Assembly: GCA_963422735.1 (NCBI GenBank)
Contig: OY730476.1
Coordinates: 1,184,001 to 1,248,000, forward strand
Reading direction: 5' to 3'
Length of the DNA: 64,000 bases
From: Candidatus Latescibacterota bacterium
Lineage (GTDB): Bacteria; Latescibacterota; UBA2968; UBA8231
Positions 28,064 through 38,063 of this stretch are shown piece after piece (position 1 is the first letter of the stretch; every line of letters begins with the position of its first letter). The notes below the pieces were generated by a model. That model had not been told where the DNA came from and did no database searches. It saw nothing but the letters and a program-made list of their open reading frames with translations. The translations under genes and the position numbers were made by a program.

Positions 28064-28275
28064 GAGCAGACCAGATGAATCATTCCTAATGTAACCGACA
28101 TCGGCCTTGTCGTAGCGCGTGGCAATGCGGCGAAACGGCTTGATCCGGCCAGAAAACCGCTTCGAGAAACAAGCGGTTGTCGCGACCCGGCCGACCTCGA
28201 TCGCCGGGTTTGCCCGGCAGTAGCGGCACCACCCGCTGCCATTGGGCTTCATGGACCATCCGTTGCGTCTCCACC
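28030..28275 (-). mobile_element. Internally deleted IS5-family element
   Basis: Transposase N-term QWQRVVPLLPGKPGDRGRPGRDNRLFLEAVFW joined to C-term RIKPFRRIATRYDK; end AAATGTCCATAGGCCCTA. Confidence 0.8.
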
Positions 28276-28294
28276 TGCGGCGACCACGTGCCAC

Positions 28295-28550
28295 TGAAAA
28301 ACCGCTGGAGGCGGCCCATCTGCGCCGAACCCGAAAGGACGGCGGCCCACTTTTTGAGGTTGACCGAACGAGGTTGAATTAACGCACATAGCATATGAGG
28401 CAACAGCAGCGCTTAGTAGTTCGACATGAGAAGGGCCACTTGACACAGCACCTTCTTTAAGCGAGTCATTTTCTTCACCGTGTAGCTCCTATCCGTTAGG
28501 GGGAGGGTCGTTTGGACACCAACCAATAAACCTAACGCGGGGCTGCACGG
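28295..28550 (-). mobile_element. 5' remnant of an IS4-family transposase with leader hairpin
   Basis: ALIQPRSVNLKKWAAVLSGSAQMGRLQRFF; internal stop; RBS AGGAG lies in the inverted repeat 28478-28550. Confidence 0.6.
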
Positions 28551-28620
28551 CAAAGTAAATATGCTGTCGTGTAGTTAGGCTCCGATATAGCTTTAAGCCG
28601 ACCAGTGAAGGAGCATCCAG

Positions 28621-29691
28621 ATGCAAGTCAAAACCGAGCTAGAAAAGCGCGACCCGGCTCTTTATCGCGCCCTATTCGAAGAGGTTCTTGACGCGATCTT
28701 CATTGCCGAGCGGGACGGGACCATCATCGATGCCAACCATGCCACCAGTATCCTGTTTGCCTACGAACGCGCCGACCTGCTCGGCTCGAACCTCCGCGAC
28801 CTCTACGCGGACCTAGACAATTATAAGCGGTTTCAGGAAGAGATTGATCGAGAAGAGTCCGTGCGCGACTTTGCCGCGGCGTTTAGAACCCGCACCGGGC
28901 ACCGATTCGATGCGCTCATAACAGTCTCGGTTCGGCGAGCCGCAGGCGGCACTTACACAGGCTATCAAGGCATCATCCGCAAAATCAGCAAGCACAAGCG
29001 CATGGAGAGACATCTCCAGAAGTTGCGGACGCTGGCGGCCAAGCTCTTGATCGACCGGGAGCGCGAGCGGGTGCGCCTTGGGACCGATCTCCACGATTCC
29101 ATCGGGCAGATGCTGGTGCTGTCGAAGGTCAAGGTCAATTCACTGCGGCATTCCGACGACGCCGAACGCGAAGCCTTGATTGACGCATTGGAGAGGGACC
29201 TAGACGAGATGGCTCATCTCATCCGGTCCATGACCTTCGACAGCAGTTCACCCGTGCTCTACGGCATGGGGTTCATACCAGGTATAGAGGTACTCGGCGA
29301 TCTCATTCATTCCCATTACGGGTTGACCGTGCGCGTGGAAGTCGAGGACAAGTGGGATATACCCAACCACGACATACGCGGCTTAGTGTGCAGGTTCATT
29401 CGCGAGTTGCTGGTGAATGTCGCTCGGCATACCAACACAGACCAAGCCACCGTCTCCTTGCGTCGAGATGTAGCCCGGCTGCAGGTGGTAGTAGAAGACG
29501 CGGGCGAAGGCTTTGATGGCGCGCATTTGGACGAGATGGACCAAGCCAACCACTTCGGTCTGTTCAGTATTCAAGAGCACCTGCTTCACATCGGTGGCTA
29601 TTTAACGATCCACTCGACGCCCGGGAAAGGCACGTGCTGCCTACTAACGCTTCCGAGTTCCCTGTCTGAAGAAGAAGGCCATTCCCTATGA
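28621..29691 (+). CDS. Cytoplasmic PAS histidine kinase (HisKA_3, NarX/UhpB type)
   Basis: PAS N-term; ERVRLGTDLHDSIGQ; RELLVNVARH, DAGEGF, FGLFSI, STPGKGT. Confidence 0.92.
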   Translation: MQVKTELEKRDPALYRALFEEVLDAIFIAERDGTIIDANHATSILFAYERADLLGSNLRDLYADLDNYKRFQEEIDREESVRDFAAAFRTRTGHRFDALITVSVRRAAGGTYTGYQGIIRKISKHKRMERHLQKLRTLAAKLLIDRERERVRLGTDLHDSIGQMLVLSKVKVNSLRHSDDAEREALIDALERDLDEMAHLIRSMTFDSSSPVLYGMGFIPGIEVLGDLIHSHYGLTVRVEVEDKWDIPNHDIRGLVCRFIRELLVNVARHTNTDQATVSLRRDVARLQVVVEDAGEGFDGAHLDEMDQANHFGLFSIQEHLLHIGGYLTIHSTPGKGTCCLLTLPSSLSEEEGHSL

Positions 29692-30328
29692 CTTTGAAGG
29701 TTTTTCTGGTAGAAGACCACACTATGGTGCGCCAAGCACTGTACACGCGGCTCGAACGAGAAAGCGGGATTGAGATCGTCGGCGAGGCCTCCGATGGTCG
29801 CACGGCCATCGACTTGATCCCCGCCTATCAACCCGACATTGTGATCGTGGATATAGGGCTGCCCGACCTGAGCGGCATTGAGGTAACGCGCCAGATAAAG
29901 GCCACGCATCCGCGGGTGAAGTTCGTCGCGCTGTCGGAACACGCGGACAAGCGTTTTGTGGAGGGCCTACTCAGGCCGGTGGCTCGGCGTACCTGCTGAA
30001 AACGAATTTCATCAACGAGTTAGTCGAAGCGTTGTGGGAAGTACAGGCCGGCCGCCAGTACGTGAGTTCGCAGTTGACCAACCCCATCGTCGCCGGCCAG
30101 CCTCACTCGACTGCCTCCGACGAGCCTTCGCCCCTAACGCGGAGCGAGCGCGTGGTGCTGCGATTGGTCGCCGAAGGAAAAACAACCGCGCAAATAGCCG
30201 AAGCACTCCACGTGACTCAAAAGACCATCGGCACCCATCGCCAACATATAATGGATAAACTCAACCTTCACAGCGCAGCCGCATTGACGGCGTACGCGAT
30301 CAGGGAAGGGTTGGTGGATGGGTATTAG
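29688..30328 (+). pseudogene. NarL/LuxR response regulator with 1-nt frameshift at about 29972
   Basis: VEDH, VDIGLP receiver; continues AGGSAYLLK in another frame; LT..E..VL.LVAEGKTT.QIAE.L HTH. Confidence 0.85.
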
Positions 30329-30543
30329 GAACTAGCAGAGATCTTGAGCTACCTCCTCGGAGCGCGGGCGTCTCGCTCGCCTCGTTAATTATTCCTCCGC
30401 GTCAATTTCCCATTCGCGTTGAATCCGCAAGGCAAGTCCGACGAGGGCTGTTAATAACGCTCCTTATGTCCTGACGGACATACGCGCAGACAAGCCCGCA
30501 AAGCTCCGCACCCCAAGCCGCATCAGGCATTTTCTCGAAAAAG

Positions 30544-30626
30544 ATCAGGTAATCACCTGATAGATCAGCAAAAAATCAGGTGATCTCCCGATACAAAACC
30601 ACCGCGGCGATTGCTATTTTTATAGT
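30544..30626 (+). promoter_or_regulatory. Two 18-bp palindromic operator-like boxes and a -10 element
   Basis: ATCAGGTAATCACCTGAT (30544-61) and ATCAGGTGATCTCCCGAT (30575-92), 31 bp apart; TATAGT at 30621-26. Confidence 0.65.
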
Positions 30627-30646
30627 AACGAAAGGATCGAAGCCTT

Positions 30647-30816
30647 ATGAACACCATATACTCTCACATCCGCACACTTCTCGTCGCCAGCTTCCTCATC
30701 CTCGGCAGCACGGCTGTGGAGCGACCCCTGTCAAGTATATCGACGAGGTCGACGTGACCCTGCAAGAGCAGATCGAGCTTGCCTTTGATGACAACGCCTC
30801 TATCACCAGCATATAA
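30647..30816 (+). pseudogene. Truncated, frameshifted paralog of the propeller lipoprotein at 31777
   Basis: MNTIYSHIRTLLVASFLILGS / GCGATPVKYIDEVDVTLQEQIELAFDDNASI aligns with SVEYAGEVGVKLKRTVELVFDTEAPGI. Confidence 0.55.
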
Positions 30817-30827
30817 GGAGACAGTTC

Positions 30828-31784
30828 ATGCCATCTAGTGTTTTTAATTTGTCTAGTTTTCGACCATACGACGCTGAAGAGGTCGCGACATTTCTCAACG
30901 AACTGCGCCAGCAGCATTGGTCTCTGTCATCATCGGCTTATCAGCGCAAACCCGAACATATCCCCTCTCTAACGACCGAAGCTTTGCTCAAAGAGCAGCG
31001 CGAGCATCCTCATCGCGTGGGCTACTATATACTAAGGTACAAGGGCCGGATCATCGCTTCGATGAAGATCGACGATAAATTCGGCGACGGACAGGTGGCT
31101 GTCTGTGCAGATCTAGAGACTCATCCGGCCTTTCAGCGTCGCGGTATTCCTTGGTTTCGTATGCTCCCGTGTGTACGCGAAGTGATTGAGATGGATTTCC
31201 AATGGGTCGAATTAGTGACTTGGGTCTTTAATCGCAAGGGCATTCCTTTGTATAAGCGATGCGGCTTTCGCGCCGTGCCGGGCACTTCCTTATTGATGGA
31301 GAACTATCTCCCTCTCCTTATTCGACATCCGGCACTGCGATCTTATTTCCAGCGGTGCGATTACATCAAAACACTTAACAATAAACGCAGCTATGGCTAT
31401 GACCACCTTAAATACCACGATCTGTATGTATTCCAGTATCAGTGGCAGGCGGGCGACGAAACGTGGGAGGTTCTAGTTGATTTTCAACGTCGACAGATTG
31501 CGTCGATAGGCTGTCGTGAGTGGTCGTTTGGTGCTTGGGTGGTAAGCGAGGATCCGTTACAAGTGCGGGTGCGGATGGAGAATCGGACGGCACCAGAAAT
31601 CAGTTGCTGCCAGTCGGATGGCTTGGATGCTGTGGTGCATGCGTTGTGCGGTCAAGAACGGCAGGTAGAGTGGGATTTAGAGGCGAAAGACGGTGTGGAT
31701 TTGTCGGTGCATATTGGCTCACTTCAGTTTCCATTTACGGTTCGGCAGCACTCAACAGAGAGCATAGAGGTCCATCATGCGTAA
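30828..31784 (+). CDS. GNAT-family acyltransferase with C-terminal extension
   Basis: LETHPAFQRRGI (motif A), NRKGIPLYKRCGF (motif B). Confidence 0.85.
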   Translation: MPSSVFNLSSFRPYDAEEVATFLNELRQQHWSLSSSAYQRKPEHIPSLTTEALLKEQREHPHRVGYYILRYKGRIIASMKIDDKFGDGQVAVCADLETHPAFQRRGIPWFRMLPCVREVIEMDFQWVELVTWVFNRKGIPLYKRCGFRAVPGTSLLMENYLPLLIRHPALRSYFQRCDYIKTLNNKRSYGYDHLKYHDLYVFQYQWQAGDETWEVLVDFQRRQIASIGCREWSFGAWVVSEDPLQVRVRMENRTAPEISCCQSDGLDAVVHALCGQERQVEWDLEAKDGVDLSVHIGSLQFPFTVRQHSTESIEVHHA

Positions 31785-33039
31785 CAGATCGCTTCTCGTC
31801 AGTATCCTGCTCGTCGCGTGGGTGACAACAGGCTGCGATGACGTCAAATCAGTTGCGTCCTATCTGCAAGCTCAGGTCGGTGAGTACTATCATATTGCGC
31901 GGACAGATGATTGGAATGAGGAGAGCATTCCCCAAGCATCTGTCGAATACGCGGGCGAAGTCGGCGTCAAACTCAAGCGCACAGTCGAATTGGTTTTCGA
32001 TACGGAAGCCCCAGGTATTGGTGAGATAGGATGGATGGGAATTACCCCTGACAGCTCCTTGCTCCTTACAGATCGAGTTTCTCGTGAGGCACATGAGTTC
32101 AGCCTAAACGATGGCCGGTACATCCGCTCCTTTGGACGCCAAGGCAAGGGACCCGGAGAGTATGGGAACGCTGATAGTATGGTCCTAGACTCCAAGGGAT
32201 CTATTTATATCCAAGATGGTATATACGGCCAGCTATTGCGCTACAACCGACAGGGGCAGTATCTCGGCCATAAGATGCGCTGGATTAGCGGCGTAGATTT
32301 GCTAGTCAACCGCGAGGACGAGTTTCTTCTCATGGAGAAGAAATACGGTCTATTCTTGCAGATTCGGCGAGTTACTGGCCTTAATGGAGAGATAAAATAT
32401 ACTTTGCCTCTTTTCAGCAAGAAAGAGGAGATTGTTACTTGCTTTATGAGTAATCCAGCTCAACTGTCTTACAATACTACGTCAGATCATCTGTATTACC
32501 TAGAGCTAAACGACTATATGGTAAAAGAGATCAACGCCTCAACTGGCGAGGTTCTCCGACGGTTTGGTATTATGGTTCCGAGTTATAACGCTTTGAAACT
32601 CGAGAAGCAGATGTCTTCAAATTTCGTATTCTTACCAGAAAAGTATCACGACTTAGATTGTGGCTCATTGGATCTGGAGGAACTCACCTATTTGATAAGC
32701 GATATCGGTCAAGCTACTAGCATGGAATTACTTGAAGACCGTTATTTACTAATTTCACATAGTTTGCCCGATGTAAGATCCATTAATGTATGGACACTTT
32801 ACGACCTAACTCCTCCAGGTTCATCGACGATGATTAAGGCATATTCACTCAATAGTGTCGCCTATCAATCGTTAAATGGCACTAAGAAAAATTCGCAAGG
32901 TGGTGTTATTCAAGCTAGCAGTATAGATGGAAGAATCACCTCTTGGCAGAATCAGCTCTATGTGTATAAACCGCCATCCGTAGAGCGGGCTGAGGTTTCC
33001 AACGGCGTGGTAGAAGTATATGAAGTGTCCATAGATTGA
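31777..33039 (+). CDS. 6-bladed beta-propeller lipoprotein
   Basis: Lipobox VTTGC; GRYIRSFGRQGKGPGEY blade motif. Confidence 0.8.
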   Translation: MRNRSLLVSILLVAWVTTGCDDVKSVASYLQAQVGEYYHIARTDDWNEESIPQASVEYAGEVGVKLKRTVELVFDTEAPGIGEIGWMGITPDSSLLLTDRVSREAHEFSLNDGRYIRSFGRQGKGPGEYGNADSMVLDSKGSIYIQDGIYGQLLRYNRQGQYLGHKMRWISGVDLLVNREDEFLLMEKKYGLFLQIRRVTGLNGEIKYTLPLFSKKEEIVTCFMSNPAQLSYNTTSDHLYYLELNDYMVKEINASTGEVLRRFGIMVPSYNALKLEKQMSSNFVFLPEKYHDLDCGSLDLEELTYLISDIGQATSMELLEDRYLLISHSLPDVRSINVWTLYDLTPPGSSTMIKAYSLNSVAYQSLNGTKKNSQGGVIQASSIDGRITSWQNQLYVYKPPSVERAEVSNGVVEVYEVSID

Positions 33040-33098
33040 AAGTGAAGGTAAATGGGCTGACTACCGATCTCACCTTCCTCAAACGAAAGGAGTCCGTT

Positions 33099-34248
33099 AT
33101 GTTGAGTCTCGCTAAGAAATCTCTCTATAGGCATACTAGTCTTATCATTGTTCGTAACAGTTAGTTTACTGGCTCCACCGTACATCATGAAGATCATTAT
33201 TGATGATGTGTTGCTATCCAGGGAACTTGACTGGCTACTCATAGCCATTGCCGTTCTATTGAGTATCATATTGACAAACTTAATCTTGTCTTTCGTATCC
33301 GATTATCTATATGCGAGGATCAGCAATCGAATCGTCCGGGACATACGCGTCGAGTTGTTCAAACACCTTATACACTTGCCTTTGGGCTTCCGCAACCGGC
33401 AAAAGACCGGGGACTTAATCTTTTGTTTGAATAGCGATGTAGGAGTGATTCAGTCTGTTCTGACTTCAAGTGTGCTGCGTTTCCTGCATAATGTCTTGAC
33501 CCTAATTGGCCTTGTAGCAGTACTATGTTGGATGAATGCCACTTTGTTCCTGTTATCGGTCATTGTCATACCCTTTTTTGTGGCGAATCTGCTTTACTTT
33601 CAGCCCAAGATCGGAAAGATCGTCGAATCCATTCAGCAACAGGGGTCCGATATTTTTAGCCATGTTGTTGAGCGATTCAACAACGTTCCGCTGATTCAAC
33701 TCTCCAACAGCGATGGCTACGAAACGCATCGCTTTCGCTCGGCCCTCAACGACTTAATCGCATTCGTCATGCGCAACGTGCTATACTCGGCCTCCATGCG
33801 TACAGTTTCGTCGGGACTGGTGGCTCTAACGCCAGTGTTTATCATGGGATGGGGCGGCTATCAGGTAATGCAGGGCGCGATGACAGTCGGATCTCTCATT
33901 GCCTTTCTCCAGTACACTTCGCGCTTGTTTGGTCCAGTCAGTGGACTACACGATTTGTACATGGACTTAGTAAGGGGCTTGGTCTCCATGCGCCGGGTGC
34001 TAGAATTCATGCAGTTACCCACGCAGCAAGCGATCCATAAAGGCCACAAACCCTTCGTCTATCAGCACACCATTGAACTACAAGACATTTACTTCCGCTT
34101 CGGCGATCAAGCGGTTGGCCGGCTTGGCAGCAGGCTGGATTCCCAAGGACCACAGGCCCGAACCGCACTCTCACAGGAAAGTACCTACGATGAGTTTTCC
34201 CTTTGCAGACCAAACCGGCCACGGCGTCAAGGTCGCCATCGTCGATAG
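33099..34248 (+). pseudogene. ABC exporter: transmembrane domain only, ATPase domain deleted
   Basis: PYIMKIIIDD, HLPLGF..KTGDL, MTVGSLIAFLQY; similarity stops after IELQDIYFRFGDQAV (34116); no Walker A; RBS-linked ATG 33099 out of frame with the body. Confidence 0.8.
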
Positions 34249-36097
34249 CGGCCTCGTGCCCAATCACCCCAAAATCGGGCTTGTGGCTGGAGGCATCTCG
34301 CTAACCATAGGGCCGGATGGCTCAATACGCTACAGTGACAACCACGCCGATTGCGCCGGCCACGGCACGGCCTGCGCCGGCATCGTTCGCCGCAAAGCAC
34401 CCGCAGCCGCTCTCTACAGCGTACGCATCTTTGACGAATCGCTTCAAGCCGATAGCCGCTTACTAATCGCAGCCATCGAATGGGCTTTAGAACAAGGTAT
34501 GGACATCATCAACCTGAGCTTGGGCACCACCGACGTAGCGCAGCGAGACACCTTAGCCCGCATCTGCCAGCAAGCCGCAGCTCAAGGCGTCCTCACGGTC
34601 GCCGCCGAGCACGAAGAAAGCCGCGAGAGCTATCCAGCCCACTTGCCCCAAGTCATCGGCGTGGGCGCGGGACCATTGCAGGACCTATACGATTACTACT
34701 ATCGCCAAGGAGCCGCCATCGAGTGCATAGCCCGGGGCGATCTCCAGCGGCTGTGCTGGCTAGATCCGCCCGAGGTCATGCTGGCGGGTACCAGCTTTGC
34801 CGCGCCCCACATCACCGGCCTGCTCGCTTTGATCCGTCAAGCCCATCCCAGCGCGAGCTTAGCACAGGTGCGCGAAATCCTCCGCAACCACGCTCTGCCC
34901 GAAGCCGCTTGTGCCTCCGTGCCCAAAACCGCTCCTCTACCCCGTGCTGAAGACCCGTTCGCCTACATTCAGAAAGCCGCCCTCTATCCCTACAACAAGG
35001 AGATGCACTCGCTGGTGCGCGGGCGCGATCTGCTCGGCTTTGAAATCGTCGGCGTCGGCGATCCGGTCGGCAAGGGCTTGGTCGGCCAAGACGCCGGCGA
35101 GGCCATTGGTCTGCCGCCAGCGGGCCTGCCCATTGCGCCCAGCCTAACCGCCGCCCTACGGGGAGCCGATACCCTTATTTTGGGCTATATGGACCAACTG
35201 AGTCGCATCCGCAAAAGAGACCTATTGCGCGAAGCCGTCCAAACCGCCATAGACCAAAGCGTCCACGTCTTCAGCCTCTCGGCTCTGCCCTGCGAGCAAT
35301 ACGCCGATTTGTACGAACAAGCCACGGCTAAAAGGCTAAACCTGTACTATCCGTCGCTGTCCGCTAAAGAAATAGTACAGACGCTCAGGTCAGAGATGCA
35401 TCAGCCCCAAGTAGATGTGCCGGTCTTAGCGGTCACAGGCACCAGCTCACAGCAAGGGAAGTTTACCCTACAACTCGCCCTGCGCCGCCGATTGCTGGAA
35501 CTAGGCTACCGGGTGGGACAAATCGGCACCGAACACCACTCGGCCCTCTTCGGCATGGACTGCGCGTTCCCCATGGGCTACGCGGCGTCTATTGAGATGC
35601 CGCTGGACTATTACGCGCCCTATCTCGACGCCAAGATGCGGGAGATCAATCAGCGCGAGCGACCGGACCTAATTTTAGTCGGCACCCAATCCGGTACGAT
35701 TCCCTATAACTTAGAAGAACAGCAAACCCATACGCTGCCTACCCTTGCGTTCTTGATGGGTGTCAAGCCCCAAGCCTGCCTACTGGTGGTCAATAGTGTG
35801 GACCCCGACAGCTACATCCAAAACACCATCGATGGCATCCGCGCACTGTGCCAAGCACCTACGCTCTTGTTGGCCATAAGCGATCAGGCGAAGCACATTC
35901 GCACGGCCTATGGCCGAACCTCTATTAAACCGCAGCCCATGACCGCGGCCGAGGTGCGCGACAAACTGAATCGCTTGGAACAGACGTTCGGCCTTCCCGC
36001 GGTATCCATTGCAGACGAAGCGGATATCCATCGGGCCATCGAGGTGGTCATCAACCATTTTGCCGAGGAAGAAGTGCGACCATGCGCGATGATATAG
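34190..36097 (+). CDS. S8 subtilisin-like peptidase fused to a DUF1611-like P-loop domain
   Basis: VAIVDSG, HGTACAG, GTSFAAP triad; VLAVTGTSSQQGKFTLQ, GQIGTE; no signal peptide. Confidence 0.85.
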   Translation: MSFPFADQTGHGVKVAIVDSGLVPNHPKIGLVAGGISLTIGPDGSIRYSDNHADCAGHGTACAGIVRRKAPAAALYSVRIFDESLQADSRLLIAAIEWALEQGMDIINLSLGTTDVAQRDTLARICQQAAAQGVLTVAAEHEESRESYPAHLPQVIGVGAGPLQDLYDYYYRQGAAIECIARGDLQRLCWLDPPEVMLAGTSFAAPHITGLLALIRQAHPSASLAQVREILRNHALPEAACASVPKTAPLPRAEDPFAYIQKAALYPYNKEMHSLVRGRDLLGFEIVGVGDPVGKGLVGQDAGEAIGLPPAGLPIAPSLTAALRGADTLILGYMDQLSRIRKRDLLREAVQTAIDQSVHVFSLSALPCEQYADLYEQATAKRLNLYYPSLSAKEIVQTLRSEMHQPQVDVPVLAVTGTSSQQGKFTLQLALRRRLLELGYRVGQIGTEHHSALFGMDCAFPMGYAASIEMPLDYYAPYLDAKMREINQRERPDLILVGTQSGTIPYNLEEQQTHTLPTLAFLMGVKPQACLLVVNSVDPDSYIQNTIDGIRALCQAPTLLLAISDQAKHIRTAYGRTSIKPQPMTAAEVRDKLNRLEQTFGLPAVSIADEADIHRAIEVVINHFAEEEVRPCAMI

Positions 36098-36354
36098 CTC
36101 AACGAGTGAAACAAGCCCTTGTCCAAGGGCTCCAACTCAAGATCAATCCCGAAGACATCGCCGATGACGAGCCCCTTTTTGGCGAGGGCCTTGATGCTGA
36201 TTCCATGGCCGCGTTAGAAATCGTCTTTGCCCTTGAAGAAGAGTTCGGGTTTGAAGTAGAAGACGAAGATCTGCGGGTCGATCTATTCGATTCAGTGCGT
36301 ACTCTGACCTCATATATAGAAGAGCGACTGGCAGTTCAATCGTCTATGCCCTGA
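36082..36354 (+). CDS. Acyl carrier protein
   Basis: 90 aa acidic; GLDADSMAALEIVFALEEEFG phosphopantetheine Ser motif. Confidence 0.92.
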   Translation: MRDDIAQRVKQALVQGLQLKINPEDIADDEPLFGEGLDADSMAALEIVFALEEEFGFEVEDEDLRVDLFDSVRTLTSYIEERLAVQSSMP

Positions 36355-36374
36355 GTAAACAGGAGGGAACAGAT

Positions 36375-37010
36375 ATGCGATCCAATAATGGCCAAATAAC
36401 TGTGGACTTAGCATCCTATTTCAACAACGCTGGCATCGCCTCCTGTTGCGATCCTGCCGCCGACGGACTCGACGGGATGGGGACGATCTTTCGGGCAGAG
36501 GGTCTCCCGGCGTCGGGGGCGACCGTCGATTGCAACGGCACAAGGTTCTCGTTCCCAGATAAAAGAGATGGTGTGCGCGATAACATAGCCTGCGAGGCCC
36601 AAGAAGTTCCGCTGCCAGTGGGATGCTACCGCATACTCCATGTGGTTGGAATATGCGATTGGCGTGCTACTGCCGAATCGGTGCGGTTACACTCACCGCA
36701 TGGTTCCCACATCCAAGCAACCCTCGGGCTCAGCGACGCCTCGCATTACAAAGGGCTTCAGTACGGCGAGCGCCAGGCACTAACGGGCCAACTGGTCACT
36801 CCCGATAGTCTCATTCCCCACGTATTTCTCTTCGGCATTACCCCGCCGGGCGAGGGCTATCAGATGCAGGAGACGCATATTGAGGCGGGCTTATGGCATC
36901 AGGTAATTGAATTGAAAGAATCCCTGCTGCTATCGCATCTCGTAATGCCGGACAACCCGTCCATGCACATCTTCGCGTTGACCTTGTGCCGAGAGGCAGG
37001 CTCGTTATGA
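36375..37010 (+). CDS. Hypothetical beta-sandwich protein
   Basis: RBS AGGAGG; VDLASYFNNAGI..DNIACEAQEVPLP..HIFALTL resembles accessory modules of glycoside hydrolases; ATGA-coupled to the next gene. Confidence 0.6.
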   Translation: MRSNNGQITVDLASYFNNAGIASCCDPAADGLDGMGTIFRAEGLPASGATVDCNGTRFSFPDKRDGVRDNIACEAQEVPLPVGCYRILHVVGICDWRATAESVRLHSPHGSHIQATLGLSDASHYKGLQYGERQALTGQLVTPDSLIPHVFLFGITPPGEGYQMQETHIEAGLWHQVIELKESLLLSHLVMPDNPSMHIFALTLCREAGSL

Positions 37011-38017
37011 AAAAGCGCATTAGCGGTATCCCCTTCTGCACCAATCGGCACTACAACTGTCTCTACGTCGTATTAGATAGCTTATTGCGCTACTACCAAT
37101 GGGAACCGTCGCTGCCCGCTTTTTACAATTGGGACTTTTTCTACTCTAGAGGCGAGGCGTTCAGCATCAAGAATCGTCCGGCTTCCCTCTTTGCCATGCT
37201 CCAGCAGTTCGGCATTGAAGCATTCAACTGTACTTCTGACGATGGCAGGTCAGAGTGGAAAGAAGTAAAAAAGTTATTGGACGCGGATACGCCCGTAGCC
37301 GTCAGCATAGATGTTTTTCCCTTGGCCCAAGCCAGCCTCTATCCGCGCCTGCGCCACTCCGATCACCAAGTTATCGTCTCCGGGTACGACGATGAGGCTG
37401 GGACCGTTCACTTGATCGATCCTTCGCCGTGGCAACCTTCGGCGCGAGACACCCCGCTCGACCTCTTCCTCGCCTGTTGGGACACACGGGCTATTTCTGG
37501 AGGGAACCAGCCCTGCTTCGACTGGACGTGGCTAGACATGCCGGATGAACCGCCTCGCGTCCAGCTTCACCATGTGGCCGCCATTTTGCAACGCAATCTC
37601 GCGAGTATGTCTGCAACCAGCCCACAGGCCGAGTGCGGCCAAGGCGTAGCCGGGATTGAGCAACTCGCCGAAGATGTAGGAGCATGGGGGAAATGCGAAA
37701 AGCAAGCTCTCAAAACACGCCTGAACCAATGCACTGAATTGTTCCTCGATGTCGCCCTAAATAGAGAAGGGCACGGTGCTTTTCTCCACTATGCCAGTCA
37801 GGTCTGTTGTCATGCTGGCCTGAGTGTTCTCGGCCGAGAATTTGAATCGATTTCTCAGAGCTGGTTTGTCGCCAAAAACTTGTGCTTCAAAGGCGTAATC
37901 AAGGATACACCAAGGCTAATACCGCGTATCCAGTCGCGAATCCATGATATCGCCGTCCAAGAACGGAAGGCCCTAGAGGCCCTGACTAATCACTCCCAAA
38001 CCTTGAGCAAGTCGTAA
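37007..38017 (+). CDS. BtrH-like (papain-fold) ACP-dependent acyltransferase
   Basis: YNC, PVAVSIDVFPL, HSDHQVIVSGYD, HLIDP (Cys-His-Asp); helical C-terminal domain; next to ACP. Confidence 0.75.
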   Translation: MKKRISGIPFCTNRHYNCLYVVLDSLLRYYQWEPSLPAFYNWDFFYSRGEAFSIKNRPASLFAMLQQFGIEAFNCTSDDGRSEWKEVKKLLDADTPVAVSIDVFPLAQASLYPRLRHSDHQVIVSGYDDEAGTVHLIDPSPWQPSARDTPLDLFLACWDTRAISGGNQPCFDWTWLDMPDEPPRVQLHHVAAILQRNLASMSATSPQAECGQGVAGIEQLAEDVGAWGKCEKQALKTRLNQCTELFLDVALNREGHGAFLHYASQVCCHAGLSVLGREFESISQSWFVAKNLCFKGVIKDTPRLIPRIQSRIHDIAVQERKALEALTNHSQTLSKS

Positions 38018-38063
38018 CCGGAGCGCTGTGTACTGTCCACGGTAGAGATCGCGAGTTTACAAA

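Noticed and set aside
26066-28294. 742-aa transposase-GDE fusion protein as given in the ORF track
   Set aside because: The N-terminal extension is mostly off-frame IS relic sequence
28440-28470. Outward promoter from TTGACA in the IS4 relic
   Set aside because: No acceptable -10 at 16-18 bp spacing
880-30328. Programmed frameshifting in the ImmA gene or the response regulator
   Set aside because: No clear slippery heptamer with stimulatory structure; mutation or sequencing error is simpler
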